Notes under the pieces: model-generated | What the model saw: only the letters and a program-made list of their open reading frames with translations | Told to the model about the DNA's origin: nothing | Databases searched by the model: none | Assembly: GCF_001194135.2 (NCBI RefSeq) | Contig: NC_068985.1 | Span: 13,239,537-13,288,843 of the forward strand | DNA length: 49,307 nt | Direction of reading: 5' to 3' | From: Octopus bimaculoides | Lineage: Eukaryota | Position numbers and translations under genes: made by a program | Shown here: piece by piece, positions 12,624 through 26,665 of the stretch | Layout of the letters: every line of letters begins with the position of its first letter | How positions within the stretch are numbered: position 1 is the stretch's first letter

Positions 12624-13344
12624 AACACACACACACAAACACACACACACACAAACTCTCACACACAAACACACACACACACAAACACACACACACGTAT
12701 GCACAGTCACACATACACATACATTTACATATGTGTAAATATACTCTTCCTTGTATATGTCTCTTTAAATAATTACAGTCTCTTTACATAATTATTCGGA
12801 ATTCTGAATATATTTATATATTTACATAATCTAGTTGCTTCCGGGTCCATTTAGCTATCTTAATATTTTTGGTATCATAGAAAGCTGCATATTGATTCTT
12901 TTAAATCCTCAGTCATTTTCTTTAAATGTTTTTACTTTTCATTTGTTGCTTTTTATTATTTTGAAGATTGCATTAATAATTTACAAATGGGTGTTTTAAT
13001 ACTGTTTCTCAAATTTGATCTTCGTTCAAAATTTCAAGCATAATTACTCGAGAGATGTCGAAATTGTCATAGAGTAATTGCGATCAACTGCATTGTCTAC
13101 ACTTTATACTTATCTCCAGCTCAGCCCTGGTGGGTCAGAGCTATGATAACTGGAGTTTCTCGTATGGTCATCTAAATGTTTATTGAAATATACTGCATCT
13201 GAAGTTACATCAATCTAATGATCCACATTCTTTTTAAACTAACCCATTTCGTTATATTTCAACACGTTTCATTCAGCATTAAGTCTTACAGAATGGAATC
13301 GTGTCTATATCTCAGTTTTCGGCTAAATCCAATTTATTGTACAT

Positions 13345-13565
13345 GTACCGTTAATATCGGTTTCAAATTTTGACACAGCAATTTCAGAGCAGGCAGTAAG
13401 TTGATTATATCGAACGCAGTTATCAACTTGTATTTATTGTGTAGTCCCCGAAGAATGAAAAATAAAGTCAACCTCGGCGGCATTTGAACTTAGAAAATAA
13501 ACTAGGAAAAACTGTCGCTAAGCATTTTGTTCGTTGCATTAGCGATTTTCCCAGCTTGATGCCTT
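13345..13565 (-). mobile_element. SINE family B, diverged
   Basis: CCCCGAAGAATGAAAAATAAAGTCAACCTCGGCGGCATTTGAACTTAG...GCTAAGCATTTT matches the family B reverse complement. Confidence 0.75.
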
Positions 13566-15914
13566 ACATGTGATGTTAACATCATTAAGTAAATCGCTAA
13601 TTTCATGCATTGATTTCTGGAATTATCTTTGGTTTTTGTCAGACAAATTTGGCTTAGAGATTTCAAACCCAGCATTCATTAATTAGCAAAATTTTTAACT
13701 GTAGTGTTTACGAGGGATTGTCTTTAGCACTGGATATAGAAGGAAAGCACAGGCATATAACAAATTTCCATATACACACGTACACGCACGTAACTTACAC
13801 AGGAACACATACTTACCGACCTGCACAGACAAAGACACGCACACAGACACATGTGCATGTGTGTATATATCTGTGAATGTGGATGTGCAAGTATGGTCCA
13901 TGTTTATGTTTATACTGCTTTGAAAACCGTTTTATTTTTGAAAGTTGTTTAATCGTGACTCACAAACTAGTGGCTCGACCAGACTGAAAACATATCTTAT
14001 TGTTTGATATTCAGTCAGTTCTTTGGTAGTTTGATTCCATCAGTACCATCGCTACTATTTACTACTCCATCCTTCTATGTTTAGCATAGTTGTTTGTCTC
14101 ATAAAACTTGTAATATTAACTTAAGAATTTTTTCTTCAAATACGATGCTTTATTTCTTTTAGAAATTTAAAATTACATTCCTATAGGGATTATTTCTATC
14201 AAAATTAATTTCCATTTTGCCGTTTTTTCAGTTTTCTTGCCATACAAGTTTTGCAATATTGTTATTTGGGATAATATTGACGAAGTCAAATCTTTATTCA
14301 AATTTTGTTGCACAAACAATAACGCAATTTCTTCGACAACTAAGTCACCTCATCTAACTATTATTCAACAGGTTATAATAATTTCGTCTGTGTTTAGATG
14401 TCTTCTGGTTTCAGTATAACAATCATCCTGAATTAATCTGGGCAAAATTGCCTTCAACATGCATTTAAAGCGGTTTGCATAATTTCATTAACTGTTGTAA
14501 AAATTATCTCTTCACATTGAAAGAGATTAATTTTTTTCATTAATTCTCAAACAATAAGTTTGTTTTCTTCCATATAATTCATCATATTTATAGTGATGTT
14601 TGATACAGCCTTATTTAAAATAAAAACTAAAAGCATTGAGCTAATATTTAGATAAGTGTTAGAGCATTATAACGTGGAAAGGACAGAACATTAGCGAGAG
14701 GTCATTCAAAATGGCAGACATGTGATGATGAGAGATTATGTATTATGTTAAGTCAATATTTTTTGTGTGAATTTAAGATTTGGGAAGACAGTTTTCATAA
14801 AAGCACTTTTTCGGATTTTGTAAGAAAAACCCACGATTTATATCCGGAGCAATGAACCTGGAGGCTCTTTTGTTAAAACCTCTCATTGTACATGGATTAA
14901 GACTGCTATTAATTATTTATGACATTAACTAACAGTCACTTAACAATTATGCTTTCAAACCTTGGCACAAGGAGGTAAGTTGATTACATCAACGCCTGTA
15001 TTTAACTGGTACTTATACCTAAGTGCAGCTTGAATATTAATAGTAAATTTCGATCTTTAGATGTTATCTATTCGCCAGCCATTTATTATGTTCCTGATCG
15101 TACTTCCTGGCAGTTTTATTCAGTATACATCTCTTCAAAAAGCTTTAAATATTTGCTTCTAAGAATAGGAGGCATCAATTATTCAACTATTACTTTAGCT
15201 ATTTTCTTATCGCTTGATCCACGTTCATCATTTTATTTGATATTGTATAGAAAGTACGATTAAAACGCTACCAAAAGAATCACACCCCAAATATCCAAGT
15301 TGTAGCTGCTTAAACATTTGTTTTGAAACGTTGATTTCATTAACAATTCATATCACTTGTCGCATACAAAATCATTTGTTTCCCGTTGAAACCAAATTAG
15401 TAAAGCTTTTTTTTTTCTACAGTTTCCATAATGTTTCAATGTAATTATTGTGTATATGTTGAACTTACTAAATAGATCCTGCGATTATATTGTCTCTGAT
15501 TTGGGTTTTTTTCTACTATTCTTTTTTATTATAGTGTTCTGTAGTTTGTGTAGAGCACTTCCTATTTTTAAATTCATTTATTATTTTTAAATATGTTGCT
15601 TTATTTCGAAAATATTTAACAAAATACGAAAAGAAAAAAAGATAACGTGGCGCCATTTACTATCGAACCTGTGAAATTAGAGAAAATAAAGGTAAAACAG
15701 AAACGGAAACGAATTCATATATATCCCCCATTGAAAATGCAAGGCTTCTTCAAGTGGTTTTGAATACCAAACCAGATTGGTGCCATGAAAAAGTCTTTCT
15801 TAGGCGCTTCTTGCGATTTGACACATATATAAATACCCCGGTGCATTTTCTATCCACACTGCATGACGAAGTTATCATCATCATCATGAGAATAATAATA
15901 GATAAATAAATAAA

Positions 15915-16001
<87 letters not shown>
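15915..16001. repeat. (TAA)n microsatellite abutting an R4/Dong fragment
   Basis: Direct reading. Confidence 0.95.
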
Positions 16002-16002
<1 letters not shown>

Positions 16003-16003
16003 T

Positions 16004-16575
16004 TAAAATGGAGCTGACCCAAAATACCGTTTCTGTAACGATGAAATTGAAATTATAGACCACCTAATCTCAGGGTGTAGAGTCTTAGCACCTGTAGAAT
16101 ATAAAGCAAGACATGACAGAGTCGGCCAGTATTTACATTGGACAATATGTCGGCATTATAAAATCAAAACCGATGACAAATGGTATAAGCACCGGAGAAA
16201 ATGTGTCGATTCTCTGGGATTTCCCCGTACCTACCGACAAAACTCTAAAATCTAATAAACCGGATATCATTATAAAAGATCAGACAAAAAAGATGTGTTT
16301 ATTAATTGACATGAGTATTCCTTGCGATCACAATATAGCGGCGAAAGAATTTGACAAGATCAGTAAATATAAAGACTTGCTAATAGAAATTGAAAAAAAT
16401 GTGGCATCTCAAGGCAACTGCCGTACCAGTGATTGTAGGATCTCTAGGAATGATTTAAAAAAAGGTACTGAAATCTATTTGAAAAGGATACCAGGCCTAA
16501 CATCCCTACAGGAAGTGAAAAAATCGTGTCAATTGTAACGACTCATGTACTGAGAAGAGCATTATCTCTGTGAAA
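16004..16575 (+). mobile_element. 5'-truncated R4/Dong-clade non-LTR retrotransposon (CCHC knuckle plus RLE endonuclease), decayed
   Basis: Translates as DPKYRFCNDEIEIIDHLISGCRVLAPVEYKARHDRVGQYLHWTICRHY...ILWDFPVPTDKTLKSNKPDIIIKDQTKKMCLLIDMSIPCDHNIAAKEFDKISKYKDL...VLRRALS*, with frameshifts. Confidence 0.85.
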
Positions 16576-16704
16576 ACAACATCCATTCATGAATTTTTTT
16601 TTTTAATACATATTTTACCTGTGAATTTGCGTGTGTAAACTGTTTCATGGCTGGCCAGTAACGTATTTTTCTGCATTATATGGATAATTTATCCNNNNNN
16701 NNNN

Positions 16705-16915
16705 ACTACTACTGCTACTGCTGCTACTACTACTACTGCTACTGCTGCTACTACTACTACTACTACTACTGCTACTACAACTACTACTACTACTGCTACT
16801 ACTGCTACTACTACTGCTGCTGCTGCTACTACTACTACTGCTACTACTGCTACTACTACTGCTGCTGCTGCTAGTACTACTACTGCTACTACTGCTACTA
16901 CTACTGCTGCTGCTG

Positions 16916-16965
<50 letters not shown>

Positions 16966-17045
16966 GCTACTACTACTGCTGCTGCTGCTGCTACTACTAC
17001 TACTACTACTACTACTACNNNNNNNNNNTACTACTGCTGCTGCTG

Positions 17046-17095
<50 letters not shown>

Positions 17096-17120
17096 GCTAC
17101 TACTACTGCTGCTGCTGCTG

Positions 17121-17160
<40 letters not shown>

Positions 17161-17218
17161 AGTTGTTATTACTGCAGCAACCACCACCACTAATAATAAC
17201 AACAACAACAACAACAAC

Positions 17219-17260
<42 letters not shown>
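16705..17260. repeat. Compound (CTA/CTG)n, (CAA)n, (TAA)n trinucleotide array with a small gap
   Basis: Direct reading. It explains the poly-S, poly-L, poly-V and poly-Y ORFs. Confidence 0.95.
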
Positions 17261-17262
<2 letters not shown>

Positions 17263-17858
17263 AAATTTGAAGAAAAATAATAAAAAAACATCATAATAAT
17301 AATAGGTCTTTTCTTCTATGGGTGCTAGGTTTGAAATTTTGTGAAGATTGAGATCGTTAATTAAATCAACTCCAGTGCTCAACAAGTATTTAAGTCATTT
17401 CACGGAGAAGAAAAATAATACAATTTAAATAGTAAAAAATTAAACGAAATCTAACTGCGGAGAGAGTGCTGGATATATGTGTAACGCCGGAGCATTTTGT
17501 AGAAAATTTATCACTCTTTACAACCTACAAAATATGTTCTACAAATATGCATATTGTTAGGCCATTGGCTATAATGTATAAACAAATTAACGAGATATCA
17601 GTCATATTAATCGAAGTCTGATTTAATGTCTCATGCAGAAAAGCGATAATGAATGTAAAGATCAAATCATATTATTCAGATAAGAGTGAAATGAAAAAAA
17701 TATGTGCTTGGAATTAAATGTAGAAATTATTCATGAAATGGAGTGTGAAACATTCTGTTATATCAGAAACAAATAAACAGGAGGCCGCCTAAAATGATGG
17801 CAACCGTCTGTAGAAAATTGAACCACTTATCTCCACCAAAATTATTACAAACTAAATA

Positions 17859-18065
17859 CAGGGTGTCCACAATGTCTGGGTACATGGAGTAAATAAAATC
17901 ATCAAAAATTAAATATAAGAAATAATAATTTCTTAAACTATGTGCTAATCCCCATGTAGGTAAATGGAGTAAATAAAATCATAACATAAACAATTAAATA
18001 TAAGAAGAAATAATTTCTTAAAGTATGTGTTAACCCAAATGTACCCAGACTTTGTGGACACCCTG
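17859..18065. mobile_element. Tc1/mariner-type MITE, 207 bp
   Basis: TIR CAGGGTGTCCACAA(T/A)GTCTGGGTACAT at both ends, TA TSD at 17857-58 and 18066-67, internal ~75-80-bp direct repeat. Confidence 0.9.
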
Positions 18066-18265
18066 TATAATGCCTTGCAAGTAATATACTAATATTCCTG
18101 AGGTTAAGTGAAAATCAAGAATGTGAGGACGGGTTCCAGTTTTGAAGTTTTTTTTTGCTTTTCCTTAACGTTTGCTCACTATTTGGAATGTCTTCCTCTC
18201 CTTCTGAAGTTCATTGCAATTTACTACAAGTGTTTATTACGTATTTCTTCTTCACCCTCTCAAAG

Positions 18266-18425
18266 TGCAGGAGTGACTGTGTGGCAAGCAGCCTGTTTAC
18301 GAACCACATGGTTCCGGGTTCAGTCCCACTGCATGGCACCTTAGGCAAGTATCTTCTATTATAGCCTCGGGAGGATAAAAGCCTTGTGAGTGGATATCGT
18401 AGGCGGAAACTGAAAGAAACCCGTC

Positions 18426-18456
<31 letters not shown>

Positions 18457-18659
18457 TGTGTCTGCGTCTGTCCCCCACCATCGCTTGAAAACTGATGCCG
18501 GTATGTTTACGTCCCTGTAACTTAGCATTTCGCCAAAAAGATACCGATTGAATAAGTACTAGGCTTACAAAGAATAGTCCTGGGGTCGATTTGTTCGACT
18601 AAAGACGGTGCTCCAGCATGGCCGCAGTCAATTGATTGAAACGAAGTAAAAGAGTAAAG
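18266..18659 (+). mobile_element. SINE family A, full length
   Basis: tRNA-like head, CCTTAGGCAAGT segment, internal (TG)n, tail GGTGCTCCAGCATGGCCGCAGTC...GTAAAAGAG. Confidence 0.9.
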
Positions 18660-19638
18660 TGTTTATTCGATACCGATGTTTACTTCTTGTGGATGAAGAA
18701 TGAAACCACTAGCCCTCGACATCTGGCACAGACTGACATCCTGCAAATAGCAGATTATTGCTTCTTAAGTTTGGACACCAGTGTATGGACAGAAATATGA
18801 GTCACAAACATGTTGGTGTCTTTCCTACATCCTTAGTTTCAAAAATTTGGCATACGATCTCAGAGGCCCTAACGTGACTCATAGAATCTATATTGCTTCT
18901 CACATCGACTAGACTTCTTTCTATCTGTTCTCTTGTGGCTATAGGAACACTGTGTTTCCACTAAACAGGCAGAATTAGGTGTTCATTTCTTTAAAATTAT
19001 GTCCATCAACTGTCTGGAATTGGCAATGTTAGCGACATGAAAGCTTACGTTTCTTCACTTTTGACCTGTTCTTTTCTATTGTTTCTTCATTTGTCAAGAG
19101 GTGCAGCTACGTGTTCATTACCATGGTTGTTGTTATTGTCATTATTAACCGTTAACCGTGTCGTTAGAGTTGTTCAAATGAATATCATTATCTGACAAGA
19201 GTCATTATTTTTGTGTGCCAAATATGTGCATTTTGCTGCATATTTAACTTTTACGTGTTTCGTCCTTTCTGTGCTCTGTTACTTCTTTTCGTTGTCTGGT
19301 AGACGTTGTGAATCAGTGAGAAAGCCAACTTCAGGAGAATCTCGTAATACAATAATAAGCGTAGTGTTTTTATATGCCTATACGGAGACGTAGTAGGAGT
19401 AGTATAAATAAAGGGAGGAGAGAGAAAATAGTAATTCAGTGAAGGAGAAGTAGTGAGAGTAATAGCCCTGACTAAGAGAGAGTGAGAGAAGTAATAGCAA
19501 TGAGAGAAAGGAAGTGGCAAAGACCGTGTCGTGTATCTTCTGTTTTTCTCCGTCACAACATACGATTGAAAGAAGAAGGAGTGATAGATGAATAACGAAG
19601 GCAGGGGTGGGAAAAATCAGCGTTTCAACTCTGTGTGA

Positions 19639-19671
<33 letters not shown>

Positions 19672-19768
19672 ATGGAAATGGGTTGGGGAACATTCAACAC
19701 TGAAAAGAAAAATCAAACAGCGTTTCAACTTTGTGTGAGTATATGTGTGTGTGTGTGTGGGTGGGTGG

Positions 19769-19801
<33 letters not shown>

Positions 19802-20174
19802 CATGTACACGGGAAGTATATGAATGTTTGTATCTGTGATTATTATGTTCCTTATTTTTGACGGCACGGAGTCAGCGAGTTAAGATATAATCATATCTAA
19901 AATAGGTTCAGACCTGAAATTTTCGTCTTCCCATTTATCGGATTTCCAACGTGTTCCACACAGATTCCCTTAAGACGTTACTCGAAAGAACTGTTTCTCT
20001 TACAGTTATATTCGATATATCCAAATTCTATGAATCAAGTAGAAACATGTTTAAAGGAGAGGTGGAAGAAGATATCATTTGTATGATCCTAAAAAAATAT
20101 ATTCTGAATTCCGACGAGGCCATCTTTGTTTCTCACGATTTTGTACGTGGGGGCGGTGGTCTATAAAAAAGGTA

Positions 20175-20340
20175 TCAGTCGAATACTGGGAACCTTGTAA
20201 TTGATTAGACTCTTTACGTTCTGAGTTCAAATTCTGTCGATGCCGTCTTTGCCCTTCATTCTTTCTGGGTCGAGGAAATAAATATCTGCTGAGCACCGGA
20301 GCTTATTTTATGGGCTAACACCCTCTTCCCGAATTTCAAG
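20175..20340 (+). mobile_element. SINE family B, partial
   Basis: TTACGTTCTGAGTTCAAATTCTGTCGATGCCGTCTTTGCCCTTCATTCTTTCTGGGTCG. Confidence 0.65.
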
Positions 20341-20342
20341 AT

Positions 20343-20533
20343 TTCTTCTTCTTCTTCTTTTTCTTCTTCTTCTTCTTTTTCTTCTTCTTCTTTTTCTTCT
20401 TCTTCTTCCAATTCTTCTTCTTCTTCTTTTTCTTCTTCTTTTTCTTCTTCTTCTTCTTTTTCTTCTTCTTCTTCTTCTTTTTCTTCTTTTTCTTCTTCTT
20501 CTTCTTCTTCTTCTTATTCTTATTCTTCCTCTT

Positions 20534-20614
<81 letters not shown>
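20343..20614. repeat. (TTC)n/(TTA)n microsatellite
   Basis: Direct reading. It explains the poly-K/poly-N ORF at 20336-20686. Confidence 0.95.
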
Positions 20615-21215
20615 TATAGACGTCGCATAGTATAGAATATCGTAAGGTTGTTGATTGAAGATATTGTGTCTACCGGGGGTAGACACGTAGGAAGTTTTCT
20701 TGACATCGTTTTATCATTGCATTCAACAGTTCTAGGTTTAGCTTTAATTTCACCTACTTTACAGACTTTCTTCTTTTTCTTAATAACTATCAATAGACTA
20801 CGGTGGATATTTTGTAATAGTTATCTGCAGGTAGAAAGAGCCTATCGCCTATAATTTGTAGTATGTATAACCTATATCAGATTTGGCGTGGTATATTCTA
20901 AAAGCAACCAATATTTTCCTTACTCCGTTGTCTAACCTGGTTAGTTTATTTACATATACGAGTATATTATAAAGGTTACATACCACACGTATAACTAGAA
21001 TATTGTGGACAATTTCTTTTTTTTTTTTAATTAGCTATGTTTTAAGTATTAATCAAATTCGCAAGAAAATATTCTTTCCGTTTCATTCTTTTCCTTTGTA
21101 CGTTGTACTCTATATTTCGTTGATTCCAAAGTATTTTACATATACGCACGCACGCACACATGCATGAATAAATACATACATACTTACATATATACATACA
21201 GACGCGCGCGCACGC

Positions 21216-21254
<39 letters not shown>

Positions 21255-21529
21255 CATACAGATAGACAGACAGATTGACCGACATAATTTCTAAGCTAGA
21301 ACTACGACAAGGGAATGCAATTATGACACCCAAACACTCTGAAATGTTCATATTGGAGCTTCCGACGCGAATGCCAAGCAGCACACTATGTCGTTTCCAA
21401 ATTTCTGGCATCATGGTACTCTTTTTCTCACAGATTTAGCCCAACTGACTCTACTACACTGTATAGTTGATAAAATCAAGAACAAAGCCCTGACAAAAAG
21501 CCCTTGCATGGCAAATACAGGAATAAGCT

Positions 21530-21911
21530 GTTGTTGGCACTCCGTCGCTTACGACGACGAGGGTCCCAGTTGATCCGATCAACGGAACAGCCTGCTCGTG
21601 AAATTAACGTGCAAGTGGCTGAGCACTCCACAGACACGTGTACTCTTAACGTAGTTCTCGGGGATATTCAGCGTGACACAGAGTGACAAGGCTGGCCCTT
21701 TGAATTACAGGCACAACAGAAACAGGAAGTAAGAGTGAGAGAAAGTTGTGATGAAAGAGTACAGCAGGGTTCGCCACCATCCCCTGCCAGAGCCTCGTAG
21801 AGCTTTAGGTGTTTTCGTTCAATAAACAAGCACAACGCGCGGTCTGGGAATCGAAACCGCGATCCAATGACCGCGAGTCCGCTACTCTAACCGCTGGGCC
21901 ATTGCGCCTCC
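21530..21911 (-). mobile_element. tRNA-derived SINE family C, full length with TSD
   Basis: Head GGAGGCGCAATGGCCCAGCGGTTAGAGTAGCGGACTCGCGGTC and tail CGTCGTCGTAAGCGACGGAGTGCCAACAAC. TSD ACAGG(A/T)ATAAGCT at 21517-29 and 21912-24. Confidence 0.9.
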
Positions 21912-23660
21912 ACAGGTATAAGCTATACGGGACTGAGAGAGACAAAATAACATTTCAACACTGACTGAGAAACGAAGGACACAGGGCAAACTGGCATACC
22001 ATCGAAACTTCTCCACTAGAAACGACTAGTTTTATGACAACTGCCATCATATCCTCAGATTACAAATAGGAAGATAAACGTTTTTGCATTTCTAGCAGCA
22101 ATTTATACTTTCGGATATCGAAATAGTATTACTGCTTCGCTTTGGTTCAGGTGAACTTGAATAGATACTCAGACAGCGTTAGAAAGAAAAAAATACTTTA
22201 TTCCAATTTTAACGTTTGAAGGAGCTATTAATATCAGTGTGATTAGCTATAATAGTTTCCCATTTCAATTTTGTGCATTTAATGTGTGTCCTTCGAAAAC
22301 GCTTCAACATAGAAAATTGGAAAAAATATTTTGACTGAGTCAATCCGTTGTCTCTATCCATGCATATACATGTATGTGCTGTCAGGTGTGAATTGGATGA
22401 TTTAGCAGGGATGCATACGTTATTCGTTCCAGTTGATGGGTTTTATATACTACACTTTCTTGAAATGGAAAGAGATGGGTGACGTTTTTTGCAATATTTT
22501 CTCATAAAATAGCATTTTACTACATCCGTGGGTACAGCACTAAGTGGACGCCCAGAAGAAAAAGCACAAAATATACATAACACTCATGTGAAGTTGTGTG
22601 TGTGTGTGTGTGTGTGTAGGGGTGAAAACTTACGTAGACGTGCCAAGGAACAGCTACGGCACGAATATACTAGGAAATACTTTTCTAGAACTTATATTGT
22701 GTAGAGATATTTATGATTTTCTATGTGATATCACTTTAAATTCTTAAATCCTGCTAAAGTAAAATTTTCGTTCCCTTCTGGAGTCGATAAATCGATAAAG
22801 TATCAGTCTTGCACTGGGATCGAAGACATGATGTAACCCCTCACTGAAATTGTCTCTAAATTAGAGAATTAGAAAGGATCTAGGGGCATACTGCCATGCA
22901 GAATTTGTTCCTGCAATTTATAGTCTCAGGTCAAATTCCATGGAATATCAATTTTGCTTGTGATTTCTGTGAGGACGATAGATATAGAATATATCATATC
23001 ATCGGCTTAAACCCACGCTTTTTTTTTTTCTTTTGCCTTGGGCATAGCATTTGGTAATTGTAGAGTTCAAAGTTTGAAAAATAAAAGCAAGGGATGGGTG
23101 TAAATGGCGGCGTCTTCCAGGATAATTTTGACATCGATGGGTCCAAACTGGAGGTTCTGAAAGATGTTAGGCCCAGTATCTACCGTGGATAAGTTTCAGA
23201 ATTACTTAGTATTGCAGTGCTACCGATGGGTACTGGCAAACTGAGATAAATTCTACAGGCACGGAAGTGTCCTGATGCAGGTCACTCCAACATGTAGTAA
23301 AAGAATTGAGACTGTCTTGAATATTGTTGTCTGATGGGGCTTTGACAAAGCTCTATTGTCGTGTATAAGGATCCGGATATCGGCCAAGTTCGTCTTGAAG
23401 ATTGTCTCACCGCCCTCCGTTCATAGAACTACGCAGTCAGATATTTCACCTGCCTGACAGCTGTGACAAAAGTTATGCTGTAAACATGGGAGAACTGACA
23501 ACCAACTACCTTTCGATAGTCTTTAACGATTGCCTCAGCGATTTGGAAGGGAAAGATAGGATGGCGAGGAAAGTTAGCGAATTTTTCAAAAGAGGGCCAA
23601 AATGGTTAAAGCGAAATACTCAAATTCCTCTACATACATACATACAAACATACGTGAGAT

Positions 23661-23892
23661 GGCGGCGAGCTGGCAGAAACGTTAGCACGATGGACGAAAT
23701 GCTTAGCGGTATTTCGTCTGCCGTTACGTTCTGAGTTCAAATTCCGCTGAGGTCGATTTTGCCTTTCATCCTTTTGGGGGTCGATAAATTAAATATCAGT
23801 TACGCACTGGGGTTGATGTAATCGACTTAATCCTTTTGTCTGTCCTTGTTTGTCCCCTCTATGTTTAGCCACTTGTGGGCAATAAAGGAATA
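23661..23892 (+). mobile_element. SINE family B, full length
   Basis: GGCGGCGAGCTGGCAGAAACGTTAGCACG...GAGTTCAAATTCC...TGTGGGCAATAAAGGAATA. Confidence 0.9.
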
Positions 23893-24174
23893 CATTCATA
23901 CGTGAAAACGCAGCTTTAAAAGTATAGCTTTAGTTTTAGTATTTATTTTCAGTTAACTGAAACCCCAGACTACGGGATAAACCAGACAAAAAATTCTTCG
24001 CACCAAATGTATTATTGCAGAAAGATACTTTCCTTGAGTTACTTTCATTTTGATATGAAATAGGTGTATAATTCGTATTTATACATTTTTTTAACTGTCC
24101 ACGTAATTTTATTTTTTATCGAACGAAAAAAATAGTTGTGTTATAGTATAATGTATCTAACATTACACAAAGGT

Positions 24175-24362
24175 AGGGTGGAATGCTGGTAGAATCGTAA
24201 GCACGCCGGACGAACTGCTTAGCAGTGTTTCATCCGTTTTTACATTCTGAGTTCTATTTCAGCCTAGGTCGAGTTCCGGGTTCGTTGAAAAAATACCGGC
24301 TGAATATTGGAGACCTCTCCCCCCACTTTGCTGGTCTTGTGCCAAAATTTGAAACCAATATT
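24175..24362 (+). mobile_element. SINE family B, diverged
   Basis: GCTGGTAGAATCGTAAGCACGCCGGACGAACTGCTTAGC...GTGCCAAAATTTGAAACCAAT. Confidence 0.75.
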
Positions 24363-25005
24363 ACACAAAAGTTTATTCATATTTGATATTAATTATAAAG
24401 AAACATCAATTTATAGAAGTGAGAAAATTGATGAAAGCTTCATCATAATTCTTTTGTCATTTAAATACATCTCTTGTATAGTTATTCTTGTGGAACTTGT
24501 TTTGGAATGTCTGATGATAAACTTCTTTCTAGATATTTCCCATACTATGAAAAGCATCTTTTATTCGATTAATTATTAAATGACCAATATGCAAACAGAT
24601 CTGTTTTCACAATAGCAGATGACTTAAACAATACGATAGTTCATATATATTGTATAAATTCAGAGATTTTTAATTGCCTTCTTGTTAATCATAAAGGAAA
24701 CAATATACATTGAAGTTACTGAGGTAGTGTTTCGAAGTCCAGTCACGGTTTAGCCTTAATGTGTTTTTTTTTTAATGCCTGCGAACCCCTTAACAAATCC
24801 ATGCGAATAACAGCTTCCCAATTCTTGCATTAATAACTCAATAGACAACAACATTAAAGGAAAGGAATGACAAAAAATTCGGTAAATATTCTCAGGTCTT
24901 CGATGTTAGCAACCATATTGCACGAGATTCAGAACTGTAATGTTTAAGTAGCATGGTCATAGTGCCCTTCGATAATATGAGCTCTAATAAATGCATACAC
25001 ATAAA

Positions 25006-25075
<70 letters not shown>

Positions 25076-26629
25076 CGTGCGCGTGTTGATGAAATCAATA
25101 TACGACGTTGAGATTATTACAAAACATTTGGTCATTCATTGGTCATTCATCGTGAGCGATGAAACCATATGAAGTAAATAAATAATCGACAACCATCAGA
25201 CAACTAAATGGTTTGATTATCAAATGTCATTCTGGGTGATCTAGCGAAATGTTTTTCATTGAGCGACACGTTGCAAAATATGACTTGAGACTTATAGAAT
25301 GAAATCCACAAGTGTGGTCACTAAGAACATCTGATTAATGTCACATTGTAAACACTGGTCATCAATTTTCGGTCAAACTGGAGCTATCAAGCAACTGGAC
25401 AATTCTACCTTGATGACAACAGTTGAACTATATCTCTGAACTCCAGTTAATTGGTATCACTGACTGCGATATGATGGGTTAAGTCATATATATTGCATGA
25501 GGCGACGAAGCTGTCATCTCGATAATTTCAGAGCATATGCACATGGTCTTTCAAAAAATATCATTCATAAACTGTGCTAGCTACTTCAGTTTCATTATTG
25601 TTACGGATTCATATATGAAACTTATATCGAGAAGGATGTACCATAGTTTAAAAGTGACTCCTTGTTCGAGGTTCGTGGTTGCTAATTGTAATGGATTCTT
25701 TGGGAGAAATCTAATCGAGATGGTTAAAAGTTTGCAATAATGGAATAGGACGTCTCAGAAGGGTTACTTACTATCACTGACGTAAAAATTGTAGATAAAA
25801 AAAATACTGCAGTCATATTGTTATGCATCTAATATTCATTTTGGCAGAATCAGAACTAGGTTTGTTAATTATTCCCAATTCATTATTAGCTGAATTAAAA
25901 GATAATAGCCAACAGTCCACATCCTTTTTTAAAAAAACACAGAAACTAATAACTAATAAACGACCACCAGCGATATAAACTATTGTCGATAAAGAGACTC
26001 TAAACGTCTAGAGATAGTGTAACTATGAGCCTTAATCAAACATTTCCAGTAACACTTATAGGGACATCAAATATTCGTCATCAAAGGAAGTTTCCTCTGA
26101 ACAGCTTCGAAAAACCTGAAGTCTCCCCGTTCAGGCTCATCAAATTGAACAAGACTCACCGATTAATCGCCCTTGATGGCAAAATACCTTGGCCTGGCTG
26201 TTATTGTCAACAGAACCGTCGATCTAGGAAACATTCAGCCAGATGCTCGGCATGGATGAACGAAATCGGGCTAAGAAAATATTTACCACCGTAGTTATAT
26301 TCACCATATATTCTCTGCATGTGTGTGCGTGTGCGCGTTTACCTGTGCATGTATGAGTTTGTGCGTGGATATATGTATGTATGTATGTATGTTTGTGTTT
26401 GTGTGCTGTGGCAAACGCATATCCATATTCGACAGTAGGTACCGACACATCAATTTTCCTTTAGATGCGCCAGTCTGCAGCTCACAAAACACTCTCCCAA
26501 ATGACTTGTTTTGAACCTTAGAATCAGCCTAAGATATACTTTACGGACAGAACAATATACACTACATATTGTCTACATATGTATATTACTGTATGTGCAT
26601 ACGTATGAATATGAATCTTTATGAGTGCG

Positions 26630-26665
<36 letters not shown>

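Noticed and set aside
13980-14560. Possible ancient hAT (Buster/Charlie-like) transposase remnant on the minus strand
   Set aside because: Only a faint EVxWLSK-like resemblance with many stops; not supportable without a profile search.
14721-14830. Box C motif GTGATGA suggesting a C/D snoRNA
   Set aside because: No box D (CTGA) or terminal stem at a suitable distance.
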